In this document: in pieces, positions 28,358 to 37,988 of the stretch | Layout: each line of letters starts with the position of its first letter | Position numbering within the stretch: the stretch's first letter is position 1 | DNA from: Planctomycetota bacterium | GTDB lineage: Bacteria; Planctomycetota; UBA11346 | DNA length: 64,000 bases | NCBI GenBank assembly: GCA_038213805.1 | Contig: JBBQSO010000001.1 | Span: forward strand, 64,001-128,000 | Direction of reading: 5' to 3' | Position numbers and translations under genes: made by a program | Notes under the pieces: model-generated | Told to the model about the DNA's origin: nothing | What the model saw: the letters and a program-made list of their open reading frames with translations, nothing else | Database searches by the model: none

Positions 28358-30466
28358 ATGCCTACCGGATCCACACATACCGCAGTTGCTCTGCGATCCA
28401 GCCTTTCACTCCTCGTCATGCTGATCGCGCTGGCCGCGCCTGCTGGTGCCGCAACCTCGACCTGGACCGCCGCCGGTGCGACCAGTAATTTCGATGATGC
28501 CGCCAACTGGGATGCGGTCCCGACGCCGAACTGCATCATGGTCTTCCCGGCCGGAGCCGCGTTCGCCTCCAAGGGCGCACCCGTCAACAACCTGATTGGC
28601 CAGACCATCGATCAGCTGAACGTGTCCGAAGCCTATGTCATCACCGGCAACGCGATCGTGTGCAAGAACATCAACGATAACAGCGCTGGAACCGTGACGA
28701 TCGCGCTGCCGATCAGCACCGCGGGCTCGGCGGTGCTGACGGTCACCGTGACCATCGCCGGCGCTACCCTGAACCTGTCCGGTAAACTCACCGGCGCTGG
28801 CCCGGTGTCCTACAGCGGCCCCGGCAATAAGCGCCTGAACGGCACCATCAACAATACACTCTCGGGCCTGTCGATCGTCGCGCAGGGCTTCCTGGTGCTG
28901 GACAGCACGGCAACCGAGGCGATCTCCGGACCGCTGCAGGTCGACAGCGGCGCGACCGCGCGGCTGGTCCGCGCGCCGGCGATCAAGAATTCCGTTACGG
29001 TAACCGTCAACGGCACCTTGGATATGTCGGCAACCACCGGCAGCGACGGCACGGACACCGAACTCATCGGTGGCCTGGCCGGCACCGCCACTGCGGCCAA
29101 TATCAGCCTGGGCGCAAACACCCTGGGCTGCACCGCGCAGGTCGCGCCGACCAACTATGCTGGCGGCTTCTCCGGCACCGGTGGCTTCCGCCAGTCCACC
29201 AGCGGCACCGAGGTGCTCAGCGGCACTGCATTCCCTTATACCGGCACGACGCGGCTGGCTGGCGGCGAGATCCACATCTGGGGTTCGCTGATCGGTTCGC
29301 CGGTCGTCGCCACCAGCGGCACCCTGGTGCTCGCCAACGACGCCACCGTGGGTGCCGTCACCCTCAGCGGTGCCACCAGTGTGCTGTCATTCAACGAGAC
29401 CATCTCGGCCATGACCATGCACGCCACCACGCCAAGTCTCACCATCGGCAGCGGCAGCACCTTCCTGGTCGTCACCAAGTCGCCGACGGATTTCGCAAAT
29501 GTGTCGACCGCGGCAGTGAACCTGAACGGCGCGGTTCTGAGCGTAGACACTGCACTCTTCTCGCCAGCCCCGACGTCAGTCATGACCATCATCACCAATA
29601 CGGGATCCGGATCGGTCGTGGGCACCTTCGCTGGTCTCGCAGAAGGCGCGACCGTGGTCTCGTCAACCAACAGCGGCACGACCTTCACCATCAGTTATGT
29701 CGGCGGCACTGGTAGTCACAACGTCACCCTCACCGGGGTGGCGATTTCCAGCGACACCACGGCGCCGGCAATATCGGCGATCGCGACGAGCGGTATCACC
29801 GGCAATTCCGCCACCGTCACCTGGACGACCAATGAGGCGTCGACCAGCCAGGTCGAATTCGGTCTGACCACGGACTACGGTAGCGTGACCACGGTCAATG
29901 CTGCGCTGGTGCTCTCCCACAGCGTGGGCCTCACCGGGCTGGTCGGATCGACCACGTACCACTTCCGTGTGCGCAGCCGCGATGCTGCTGGCAATCTCGC
30001 CACCAGTGCGGATGGCACGTTCGCCACAGCCGCTGATACCACGGCGCCGGTGGCCTCGGCCATCACTGCCGGCAGCATCACCGGCACCACGGCCGTGATC
30101 ACCTGGACTACCGATGAAGCCAGCGACAGCCAGGTCGAGTTTGGCCTGACCACCGCCTATGGAACCGTGACCACGCTCGACACCAGCATGGTCACCGCCC
30201 ACAGCGTCACCGTCAGCGGACTGGCGCTTTCGACCCTGTACCACTTCCGGGTGCTCAGCAGTGATGCCTCCGGCAACGTGGTCACCAGCGCGGATGGAAC
30301 CTTCACCACCACGGACGGCACGGTGCCGGTCGCGTCGTCGGACAGCCACCACCACTGCGGTGGCGGCAGCGTGTTCGGCTTCCTGATGGTGACCCTGATG
30401 CTGTCGCTGCGGCTGCATCGCCGGGGCCGCATCCCGGTCGAAGCGCGCGGCCAGCTGGACGCGTAA
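28358..30466 (+). CDS. Surface protein: autotransporter-associated beta-strand (beta-helix) region, two FN3-like repeats, Cys-Gly C-terminal anchor
   Basis: Signal peptide, NFDDAANW, YTGTTRLAGG, GTFAGLAEGA..FTISYVGGTG, two DTTAP..ITWTT.E.S.SQVEFGLTT.YG..YHFRV repeats; ends CGGGSVFG, TM helix, HRRGR. Confidence 0.85.
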   Translation: MPTGSTHTAVALRSSLSLLVMLIALAAPAGAATSTWTAAGATSNFDDAANWDAVPTPNCIMVFPAGAAFASKGAPVNNLIGQTIDQLNVSEAYVITGNAIVCKNINDNSAGTVTIALPISTAGSAVLTVTVTIAGATLNLSGKLTGAGPVSYSGPGNKRLNGTINNTLSGLSIVAQGFLVLDSTATEAISGPLQVDSGATARLVRAPAIKNSVTVTVNGTLDMSATTGSDGTDTELIGGLAGTATAANISLGANTLGCTAQVAPTNYAGGFSGTGGFRQSTSGTEVLSGTAFPYTGTTRLAGGEIHIWGSLIGSPVVATSGTLVLANDATVGAVTLSGATSVLSFNETISAMTMHATTPSLTIGSGSTFLVVTKSPTDFANVSTAAVNLNGAVLSVDTALFSPAPTSVMTIITNTGSGSVVGTFAGLAEGATVVSSTNSGTTFTISYVGGTGSHNVTLTGVAISSDTTAPAISAIATSGITGNSATVTWTTNEASTSQVEFGLTTDYGSVTTVNAALVLSHSVGLTGLVGSTTYHFRVRSRDAAGNLATSADGTFATAADTTAPVASAITAGSITGTTAVITWTTDEASDSQVEFGLTTAYGTVTTLDTSMVTAHSVTVSGLALSTLYHFRVLSSDASGNVVTSADGTFTTTDGTVPVASSDSHHHCGGGSVFGFLMVTLMLSLRLHRRGRIPVEARGQLDA
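29752..30312 (+). repeat. Tandem duplication of a ~94-aa FN3-like domain
   Basis: Near-identical protein and DNA segments, e.g. CAGGTCGA(A/G)TT(C/T)GG(T/C)CTGACCAC in both units. Confidence 0.85.
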
Positions 30467-30503
30467 AATAGTGGCTCACTCCGGGATCATCCCGAACTGA
30501 AGC

Positions 30504-30550
30504 AAAGTCACAGCCCTCGTCACCTCTGGTGACGAGGGCTGTGACTTTTA
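30504..30550 (+). terminator. Intrinsic terminator with a perfect 21-bp stem
   Basis: AAAGTCACAGCCCTCGTCACC-TCT-GGTGACGAGGGCTGTGACTTT, followed by TA; starts 38 nt after the stop at 30466. Confidence 0.75.
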
Positions 30551-30754
30551 TAGCACAGCCGGTATCGCCTACGTCACGCGGCGGATCGCGGCGCGATCGA
30601 TCACCAGCGCCAGAAGGCGATGGGTTTGCCACGGGCGGTAGCACCGCAATCGATAAGCTGGTCGCGCACGCCCGGACGATGTGAGCGGGCGCGTGGTTGC
30701 CCAGACAGTTCCTCAGCGCGCAGCGCCGCGCCCTTCGACACCAAAACGTCGGCG

Positions 30755-30900
30755 CTAGCCAAATGGACGCAGGTCGGTGACGACATGGAAGGTGCACGTG
30801 ATGTGGCTCTGATCGTCAAAGCCGGTCTCTTGTGCGATGCTGCCGATTTTGGCGACGCCCTGCTCGAGCAGGGTGTCGCGCCATGCGCAAGCGTACGCGC
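30755..30900 (-). pseudogene. AraC-family HTH C-terminal remnant
   Basis: LLEQGVAKIGSIAQETGFDDQSHITCTFHVVTDLRP resembles the AraC second HTH (IA..GF.DQSHF...F...G..P); no N-terminal part. Confidence 0.65.
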
Positions 30901-30905
30901 AGTAG

Positions 30906-31557
30906 GGCGATCGCGAGATCCACACGCGCATCACGCAATACGAGATGGCCTTCCGCATGCAGGCCGCAGTTGTGGAGCTGGTCGACCTCGCGCTGACGGG
31001 CGATGCGACCTTTGCGCTCTCCGACGAGGATGCGCGCAGACCCGGAACCTTGGCGCGCAATTCTCTGCTACCGCCGCCACGCAGAACGCAGCGTGCGCTG
31101 GATCCAGCCCTACCACCGCGGCTGGAACCACCACGGCGGCCTCGCCCAGCGGCTGCAGGTGGGCGCGCGTGATACCGACCAGGCCGCCGCCGGGCTGATC
31201 GCCAACCTGCGCCAGCGCCGCAGGCTTGACGATACCCTGCTGCTCTGGTCCGGCGCGTTCGGCCGCACCTGCTACGCCCAGGGCGGGGCCAACCGCGAGA
31301 AGTATGGCCGCGATCACCACGGTCGCGCCTTTTCCGCATGGCTCGCCGGAGGCGGCACCAAGCCCGGCATCAGCTGGGGCGCGAGCGACGACTTCGGCTT
31401 CAACATCGCCAGCGACCCGGTCCACGTCCACGATCTGCAGGCGGCCATCCTGCACTGCCTGGGCATCGACCACGAACGTCTCAGGTACCGCAGCCAGGGG
31501 CGGCAGTTTCGCTTGACGGATGTGGAGGGCAAGGTGGTGACGGGGATGCTGGCGTGA
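30906..31557 (+). pseudogene. C-terminal remnant of a second DUF1501 gene
   Basis: GDREIHTRITQYEMAFRMQ, frameshift near 31070, then AERSVRWIQPYHRGWNHH..FGRT..GRDHHG..VHVHDLQAAILHCLGIDHERL..RLTDVEG. N-terminal half is missing. Confidence 0.88.
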
Positions 31558-31585
31558 CGTCGATTTGAGTCGGGGGCGTGCGGCG

Positions 31586-31996
31586 CTAAGCGCCGCCGGT
31601 CTGATTCTCCCCCCGCCGCCCCTGCGCGAACTCGACCGAGTGGCCGTCGGGATCGAAGGCGGTCATCGAGCGCTCCCACGGCTCGTCGTGCGGCGGTCGA
31701 TGGAAGACGACGCCCTTGCCTTGCAGGTCGACGTAGAGCGCATCGAGCTGATCAGTGCTGAATTCGACGTGGATGGCTTGGCGCTGCGCGGCATCCGCAG
31801 GCTTGGCGCCGTCCTTAACGGCCTCGGCGAGGGCGAGCAGGCCGATGCTGCCTGCTCCAGAACGCATCAGCGCAAACGCGGGCGCGGCATTGACTGCGAC
31901 CGCGAGGCCGAGGACACCGTGGTAGAAGGCGAGGGAACGCTCCACGCTCGCAACGGTGAGGGTCAGGCCCTCGAAACGGAAGGGGATGGTGGTCAT
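31586..31996 (-). CDS. VOC/glyoxalase family protein
   Basis: LTVASVERSLAFYHGVLG, HVEF, PPHDEPW, DPDGHSVEF. Confidence 0.9.
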   Translation of the reverse strand: MTTIPFRFEGLTLTVASVERSLAFYHGVLGLAVAVNAAPAFALMRSGAGSIGLLALAEAVKDGAKPADAAQRQAIHVEFSTDQLDALYVDLQGKGVVFHRPPHDEPWERSMTAFDPDGHSVEFAQGRRGENQTGGA

Positions 31997-32149
31997 GGGG
32001 ACTGTGGGTCCGGCGTGGTGGGTTGGGTGCGCGAGCGTAGACCGATTTGGGCCTGCGTGCAGCCACCATCGTGGGCGTCTCTTCTTCATCCGCCTCGGCT
32101 TCAACTTTCATGGGGACGCCCGTCTGCGCACACGTCACAGGAACATTGG

Positions 32150-32161
32150 TAGAACGTTCTA
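32150..32161. promoter_or_regulatory. Candidate LacI-family operator TAGAACGTTCTA
   Basis: Perfect palindrome with central CG, 50 nt upstream of the GH30-LacI pair. Confidence 0.6.
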
Positions 32162-32210
32162 TCATGCCCGAGAACTCGTGTTATCCCCTGCCAACCCCAG
32201 GACCGCTTCC

Positions 32211-33659
32211 ATGCCCCGCCGGCTCGCCGCCCTCCCCCTGCTGCTGCTCTCCACCCTGCTCGGCGCCGCGCAACCCGACACCCCTCTGGCGATCACCGTC
32301 CCCGCCGGCGCGCGGCAGGTTTTCCAGGGCCTGGGCGTCAGCACCTTCAACAACGGCGCCTACACCGTGCTGGCGCCGGAGCGGCGTGCGCTGCTCGCGC
32401 GGCTGATCTACCGCGACCTGCGCCTGACCACGCTGCGCATCTGGTGGGCGGTCGAAACCTTCGCACCTGAACGCGGCCAGGCGCTGCTCGCCGAGAGCTT
32501 CGCCGACCGCTATGTGAAGAGCGGCCTGATCGCCGAGGCGCGCGCCCACGGCATGAAGACCATCCTGCTTGGACCGGAAAAACCGGCGCGTTGGATGCTG
32601 ACCAAGCCCGAGGATGGCAACTCGCTGATCAAGGACGAGGAGGTCGGCACCTACGTCGCCCAGATCGCCATCCTCATCCAGCGCCTGCGTGACGAGCACC
32701 ACACCGTCATCGACGCCACCGGCATCGGCAATGAGCCGCCGTGGTTCACGCCGGCGCAGATGGCGACGGCAGTGCGCCTGCTGCGCGGCGAGCTCGACCA
32801 GCGCGGGCTGCAGGCGGTGAAGATCGTGGCGCACGAAGGCAGCAACAACGACGCCACCGGGCTCGGCTACCTCGACGCGCTAATCGCCGACCCGCTCGCA
32901 CTCGCAGGGCTCACCGGCTTTGCCACCCACTCCTACAACATGGCGGCGCGCGCCGAAGAGGCCGAGCGCGTCCAGCGCACCGGCAAGGAGTTCTGGATCA
33001 CCGAGTCCGGCGGCGGCATCGGCCTGCCCGAGACCGAGCAGCCGGTGGACGCCCCGCAAGCCGCCAGCGCCGCGTCGCGCTTCCTGAACGACATGAACCA
33101 CCGCGCCACCCATTGGATCTGGTTTCTCGGCGCCATGGACCTGACCAACGGCTGGCCAGAGGAGCACGACAACGTCCAGCGCCTGATCGAGTTCCGCGAC
33201 AAGCCCGGCGCCGACTGGTACCTGCCGCTGCTGAAGTACTACTATCTCAAGCGCCTCGCCCAGACCTTCGACGTCGGCTGCTCGTTCCGCGCCGCGCACA
33301 GCTCGCTTGAGGGCGACATGACCTGGACCTATGGGCGCAAGCCGCAGGTCACGGCCGCCGCCGCGCTCAACCTCGACGGCACCTGGGGTATCGGTGCGGT
33401 GAACTACACCAGCAACCTCTTTACCCGTGCCGGACAGGACGAGTTCAATCGCACCAACACCGGGCAGGCGGCCACGGACTTCCGCGTCACCATCACCATC
33501 GCCGAGCTGGCGGCGGTGGGCGACCAGACCTTCACCCTGCAGCGCACCAGCGCGACGCACCGCGATGTCGACGAGGGCGAGATGGTGATGCACGATGGCG
33601 TGCTCGCCTTCGACCTCGCGCCCCTTGAACTGGTGACCCTGCGCCAGGTCCGGCGCTGA
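32211..33659 (+). CDS. Secreted clan GH-A glycoside hydrolase (GH30-like)
   Basis: Signal peptide, QVFQGLG, LRI, acid/base GNEP, HSY, nucleophile WITES, C-terminal beta-sandwich. Confidence 0.8.
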   Translation: MPRRLAALPLLLLSTLLGAAQPDTPLAITVPAGARQVFQGLGVSTFNNGAYTVLAPERRALLARLIYRDLRLTTLRIWWAVETFAPERGQALLAESFADRYVKSGLIAEARAHGMKTILLGPEKPARWMLTKPEDGNSLIKDEEVGTYVAQIAILIQRLRDEHHTVIDATGIGNEPPWFTPAQMATAVRLLRGELDQRGLQAVKIVAHEGSNNDATGLGYLDALIADPLALAGLTGFATHSYNMAARAEEAERVQRTGKEFWITESGGGIGLPETEQPVDAPQAASAASRFLNDMNHRATHWIWFLGAMDLTNGWPEEHDNVQRLIEFRDKPGADWYLPLLKYYYLKRLAQTFDVGCSFRAAHSSLEGDMTWTYGRKPQVTAAAALNLDGTWGIGAVNYTSNLFTRAGQDEFNRTNTGQAATDFRVTITIAELAAVGDQTFTLQRTSATHRDVDEGEMVMHDGVLAFDLAPLELVTLRQVRR

Positions 33660-33675
33660 ACGCAGGCGCTGCGCC

Positions 33676-34698
33676 ATGCCCGCGACCCTCAAGGACATCG
33701 CGCGGCTCTCCGGCTGTTCGTTCCAGGCGGTCAGCGCCATCCTGCGCGACCAGCCGGGCACGCGCTTCAGTCCGGCGACGCGCGCGCGCGTGCTGCTGGT
33801 CGCGGAGCAGCTCGGCTACCGGCCCAACGCCTCGGCGCGGGCGATGCGCTCGGGCCGCACCGGCTGCATCGCGGTGCTGCGCGGCACCCATCCCAACCAC
33901 AGCTCGCTGAGTCCGCACCTTTTGGGCGGCATCATGCGCGAGCTCGACGGGCAGGACCTGCACGCCGCCATCCTGTCCCTGGATGATGCGCAGCTGACCA
34001 GTCCCGAGCACCTGCCCAAACTTCTGCGCGAGGTGGTCGCCGACGGTGTGCTGATCAAATACGACCATCGCATCCCACCGCGCCTCGGCGCGCTCCTCGC
34101 GCAAGCCGGGATCCCCGCGGTGTGGGTCAACAGCAGACAGCCCGCGGACTGCGTTCATCCGGACGACCTTGAAGCGGGTCGACTGGCCACGGAGCGCCTG
34201 ATCCGGCTTGGCCACCGTCGCATCGCCTACGCGGACTTCTCGTACGACCTCGCCGACGCGACGGAACACTACTCGGCCCACGATCGCCATGCCGGTTACC
34301 GCACCGCGATGCGCGCGGCCCGCCTCGCGCCGCGCCTGCTCGGCGGCCGCCGCGGCCACCCTGCGCCCGCCGCGCGGCTCGATTTCTGCCTCGACACCCT
34401 GCGCGGTCCCGAACGCCCGACCGCAGTGATCGGCAACAGCGCATGGAGCACCTGCCCGTTCTGGCACGCCGCCCTGCGCCTGGGCCTGCGCGTGCCCGCC
34501 GACCTGTCGCTGCTCACCTTCGAGAACTGGCGGCACGACGCACTCGGCCAGGAGCTGACCCAATACCTCGTGCCCGAGGCGGAGATGGGTCAGGCGGCGG
34601 TGAGCAGGCTGCTGGCGCTGCTCGCGGCGCCGGGAGTCGCGCAGGCACCTCTGGTACTGCCGTTCACGTGGGTCCCAGGGAATCCGTGGCGGGGGTGA
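33676..34698 (+). CDS. LacI-family transcriptional regulator
   Basis: TLKDIARLSGCS..AVS, LGYRPNASARAM, LGHRRIA, GLRVPADLSL. Confidence 0.95.
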   Translation: MPATLKDIARLSGCSFQAVSAILRDQPGTRFSPATRARVLLVAEQLGYRPNASARAMRSGRTGCIAVLRGTHPNHSSLSPHLLGGIMRELDGQDLHAAILSLDDAQLTSPEHLPKLLREVVADGVLIKYDHRIPPRLGALLAQAGIPAVWVNSRQPADCVHPDDLEAGRLATERLIRLGHRRIAYADFSYDLADATEHYSAHDRHAGYRTAMRAARLAPRLLGGRRGHPAPAARLDFCLDTLRGPERPTAVIGNSAWSTCPFWHAALRLGLRVPADLSLLTFENWRHDALGQELTQYLVPEAEMGQAAVSRLLALLAAPGVAQAPLVLPFTWVPGNPWRG

Positions 34699-34856
34699 AT
34701 GGGTAGCGGCTTGGCTGCGTTGGGGTGCGCCGCATCCACCCGGCATCGTCGTCAGTCAGGCTCGAACTCATCGACGGATTGCCCAGCTCCCCCTCCCGGG
34801 TAAACCCTCGCACCGCCCCCACCAAGCGCCGCGATCCCTTCGGCACAAGGATACCC

Positions 34857-35417
34857 ATGTCCCTCATCTCGTGCCCCGAATGCTCCGGCAAGGTCTCGAC
34901 GCAAGCCGCGACCTGCCCGCACTGCGGCGCGCCCGTCGTAGCCACCGCCCACCAGCCCGCCCCGGTGCCCGCGATCGCCGCGCTGAGTCCGAACGCCGAC
35001 CCGAACGCGGTGATCTGGCAAGGCAGTCCGCACTTCACCGGCACCATGGTGTGGGCGTGGATCTGCATCCTGACCGTCGCCCTGATCCCGGTCGGCCTGG
35101 TCCTCATGCTGATCGCCCACTTCCGCACACGCGCGACGCGCTACACCCTGACCAACCTCCGCCTGTCGCTGCGCCGTGGCCTGATGTCCACCTCCATCGA
35201 CGACATCAGCCTGTTCCGCATCAAGGACATCGAGCTGCGCCAGTCGTTCTGGCAACGTCTTGGCGGCATCGGCACCATCCTGGTGACCAGTTCCGACACG
35301 GTCGCACCACTCGCCGAGCTGCACGCCATCAAGGATCCCGAGGCGGTGCGGCGCCTGCTGCGTGCGCAGGTCGATGCCGCACGGCAAAGTGAAGGGGTGC
35401 GGACGATCCTCAACTGA
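34857..35417 (+). CDS. Zinc-ribbon plus bacterial PH-domain membrane protein
   Basis: CPEC..CPHCG; TM hairpin; RYTLTNLRL, IKDIELRQSFWQRLGGIGTI. Confidence 0.85.
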   Translation: MSLISCPECSGKVSTQAATCPHCGAPVVATAHQPAPVPAIAALSPNADPNAVIWQGSPHFTGTMVWAWICILTVALIPVGLVLMLIAHFRTRATRYTLTNLRLSLRRGLMSTSIDDISLFRIKDIELRQSFWQRLGGIGTILVTSSDTVAPLAELHAIKDPEAVRRLLRAQVDAARQSEGVRTILN

Positions 35418-35458
35418 GTCCACCAAAGTCCGCGCCGAGCGCGCGAGACCGGCTCGAC

Positions 35459-36235
35459 TCAGTCACGTCGCCACGCGATCATCGCCGAAGAAATGCCGAG
35501 ATCTTCAACGCCATATCGTGAGTATCTCGGCATCAGCTTCGCGGTATCAATCGCACGCGGAAAATGGACGACCTCCACGTCCCGCAAGGAAAACCCGTTG
35601 CGCGCAGCCATGGCGAGCAGGTCCGGATGCCGCAGCCGGTTCTGATGCATCGCCCGGGTGTTCAGAATCCGCCATAGGCCCTCACTGACGTAGTAGAAGT
35701 TGTCTTCCCTGACATTCTCGATGTACGACCAGTGATCGGTATAATCGATGTTCGCCGTACAAATGCCCCCTGACGGCATGCGTTCGCGCATGACCGTGAA
35801 AATCTCCTCCAATGCCTGAGTGGGTATATGTTCGAACGACGCCGTCGAGACGACCCCATCAAATCGCGCAACGGCGTTGATGCTGTCAGCGATCACGTAG
35901 TCGACGCCGATCTTCCGCAAGTCGTCCGTGTGAGCGATGCGCAGGTCCGATCCGAGATGTTGCAAGGTGAAGTTGATGAGCTCGAGATGGGCGATCCGCT
36001 CGACGTCATGGGCGATCACCCGCTTCCCGAAGCGCACGGCCGCGCACAACGAGGTGTGCAGGTCGCGCCCGCAGCCGATCTCAAGCACCGTACCGGCACC
36101 CTGATGCCGCTCCAGTTGCCACGTAGCCGCGCGCATCCGCGCCTCGATATTCGCAGTGAAATAGGCAAGCGAGCGCAGCTTCCTGCGCCGCGGGATGCGC
36201 TGGAGCAGAGACCTGCAGATGAGCCGGGCCAACAT
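35459..36235 (-). CDS. Class I SAM-dependent methyltransferase
   Basis: VLEIGCG, FDGVVSTASFEHI, IDYTDHW, NRLR; GC lower than neighbours. Confidence 0.82.
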   Translation of the reverse strand: MLARLICRSLLQRIPRRRKLRSLAYFTANIEARMRAATWQLERHQGAGTVLEIGCGRDLHTSLCAAVRFGKRVIAHDVERIAHLELINFTLQHLGSDLRIAHTDDLRKIGVDYVIADSINAVARFDGVVSTASFEHIPTQALEEIFTVMRERMPSGGICTANIDYTDHWSYIENVREDNFYYVSEGLWRILNTRAMHQNRLRHPDLLAMAARNGFSLRDVEVVHFPRAIDTAKLMPRYSRYGVEDLGISSAMIAWRRD

Positions 36236-36411
36236 GCGCGGAGGATCCGAGCAAGGGCCCGAAAGGCAATCGGGAGCACCACTGACGGCACACCGCGCCA
36301 GCAACCGCGGCGCGGCATGGAGCACATGCGAACGAGATGAACGAGCGGCCGCGCAAGCGGTTAGGATCAATCAGGCGGCCGGTCCCCCTACGTACCTCTC
36401 CCCTCAACCAC

Positions 36412-37947
36412 TCAATGAACCGCCTCCCCCACCAACTCCGCCACCTGGGTTGGCCCAAACGCGACATTGTGCTTACCGGACACCGTCAGGCGGTCTCCCG
36501 CGAAGCGCAGGGTCAGCGTTGAATAGTACGGCGTCTGACAGGCGACCAGCTTGATGGTGAATACGTCATCTGCCGTCCACGCGCCGCTTGCCGCCACCAG
36601 CGGGTGCTCCGGCACGCTGAGGAAGCGTTCGATGCCGTTGGCGAAGCCGGGGCCGGCAGCACCCCAGGTGCCGCTGGCGAAGGGCGTGCGCAGCTCGCCG
36701 GCGGCGGTGCGCACCAGCAGTGCGGGCGGCGTGGCGGCGGTGTCGAGCGCCATCGCGGTGATGCCGCGGTCGTTCGCGGCGAAGGCATACCACTTCCCGC
36801 CGACGGTCGCGGCGAGGGGCGACGTGGGCTTGCCGACGGGCACGGGCATGACCAGACCGGCGAGCTTCGCGGTTAGCAGGTGCTGTGCACTCTCGTCAGC
36901 CGGCAATGGGGTGGCCTGCATGGCCGGCAGCAACTTGTCCCACACCAGGTTCAGCACCGCCTGCATGTCGTGGACGCCGCTGGTGATCGCGATCACCGCG
37001 TCGCTGTCGGGCAGCACCACGCAATACTGGCCGAAGGCCCCGTCGCCGCGGTAGCCGTGATGGCGGCAGCGCCAGAACTGGTAGCAGTAACCCTGCTCCC
37101 AATCGCTGCGCGGATCGCTGCCATTGGCGATTTGCAGGGTGGTGGCCTCGTCAATCCAAGCAGCAGGCAGCAACTGCTTGCCCTGCCACTGGCCCCTCTG
37201 CAGGTAGAGTTGACCGAAGCGCGCGATCTCTTCGGTGCGCGCCATCAGCCCGTAGCCGCCGGCGGAGATGCCCTGCGGGCTGGCCACCCAGGTCGGGTCG
37301 ACGAAGCCGAGCGGCTGGAACAGGCGCGGCTTGAGGTACTCGAGCACGCTCTGCCCGGTCGCCTTCTGCACCATGGCGGAGAGCATGTACGTCCCCGGGG
37401 TGTCGTACAGGAAGCGCGTGCCGGGCTTGAAGGCGACCGGCTGGGCCAGGAAGCGGTGCGTCCAGGTTTCGGGTGGCGCGCCAGGCGTGTCGACCCAGAT
37501 CCTGCCTTCACTCTCGTGACCGGTGCCCATGCGCAGCAGGTCGCGCACGCGCATGCGCTTGAGGTTGGCCGACGGCTCGCCAGGTGCGTCCTCGGGGAAT
37601 GCCTTCAGCACCTCGTCGTCGAGGCTCAGCTTGCCCTCGGCGATCGCCATGCCGACGGCGGTCGAGGTGAAGCTCTTGCTGAGCGAGTAGAACATGTGCG
37701 GGGTCTGCGCGTCGTACGGCTTCCACCACGCCTCTGCGACCACCTGGCCGTGGCGCAGCAGCATGACGCTGTGCATGCCGTCGATGTCCTGGTCGGCCGC
37801 GGTGAGGAAGGCAAGGATGGCCGCGGACGCGATGCCCTGCTGTTCAGGGGTGCTGCGCGGCAGCGCGGCGGAGGATTCCGCGCCGCGCGTCAGTGCGGCG
37901 AGGCCGGCCAGGACCAGGACGGACACGGAGAGGCGGATGGTTCGCAT
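36412..37947 (-). CDS. Serine hydrolase, beta-lactamase class C-like (exported)
   Basis: Signal peptide, YSLSKSF (SxxK), FLYD, ARFGQLYL, YRGDGAFGQ. Start ATG 37947; the longer ORF extension overlaps the transporter gene. Confidence 0.9.
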   Translation of the reverse strand: MRTIRLSVSVLVLAGLAALTRGAESSAALPRSTPEQQGIASAAILAFLTAADQDIDGMHSVMLLRHGQVVAEAWWKPYDAQTPHMFYSLSKSFTSTAVGMAIAEGKLSLDDEVLKAFPEDAPGEPSANLKRMRVRDLLRMGTGHESEGRIWVDTPGAPPETWTHRFLAQPVAFKPGTRFLYDTPGTYMLSAMVQKATGQSVLEYLKPRLFQPLGFVDPTWVASPQGISAGGYGLMARTEEIARFGQLYLQRGQWQGKQLLPAAWIDEATTLQIANGSDPRSDWEQGYCYQFWRCRHHGYRGDGAFGQYCVVLPDSDAVIAITSGVHDMQAVLNLVWDKLLPAMQATPLPADESAQHLLTAKLAGLVMPVPVGKPTSPLAATVGGKWYAFAANDRGITAMALDTAATPPALLVRTAAGELRTPFASGTWGAAGPGFANGIERFLSVPEHPLVAASGAWTADDVFTIKLVACQTPYYSTLTLRFAGDRLTVSGKHNVAFGPTQVAELVGEAVH

Positions 37948-37988
37948 GGTGGTTCCCCCAGTGTGTGTGCAGAATTTTTCCGCGGAGC

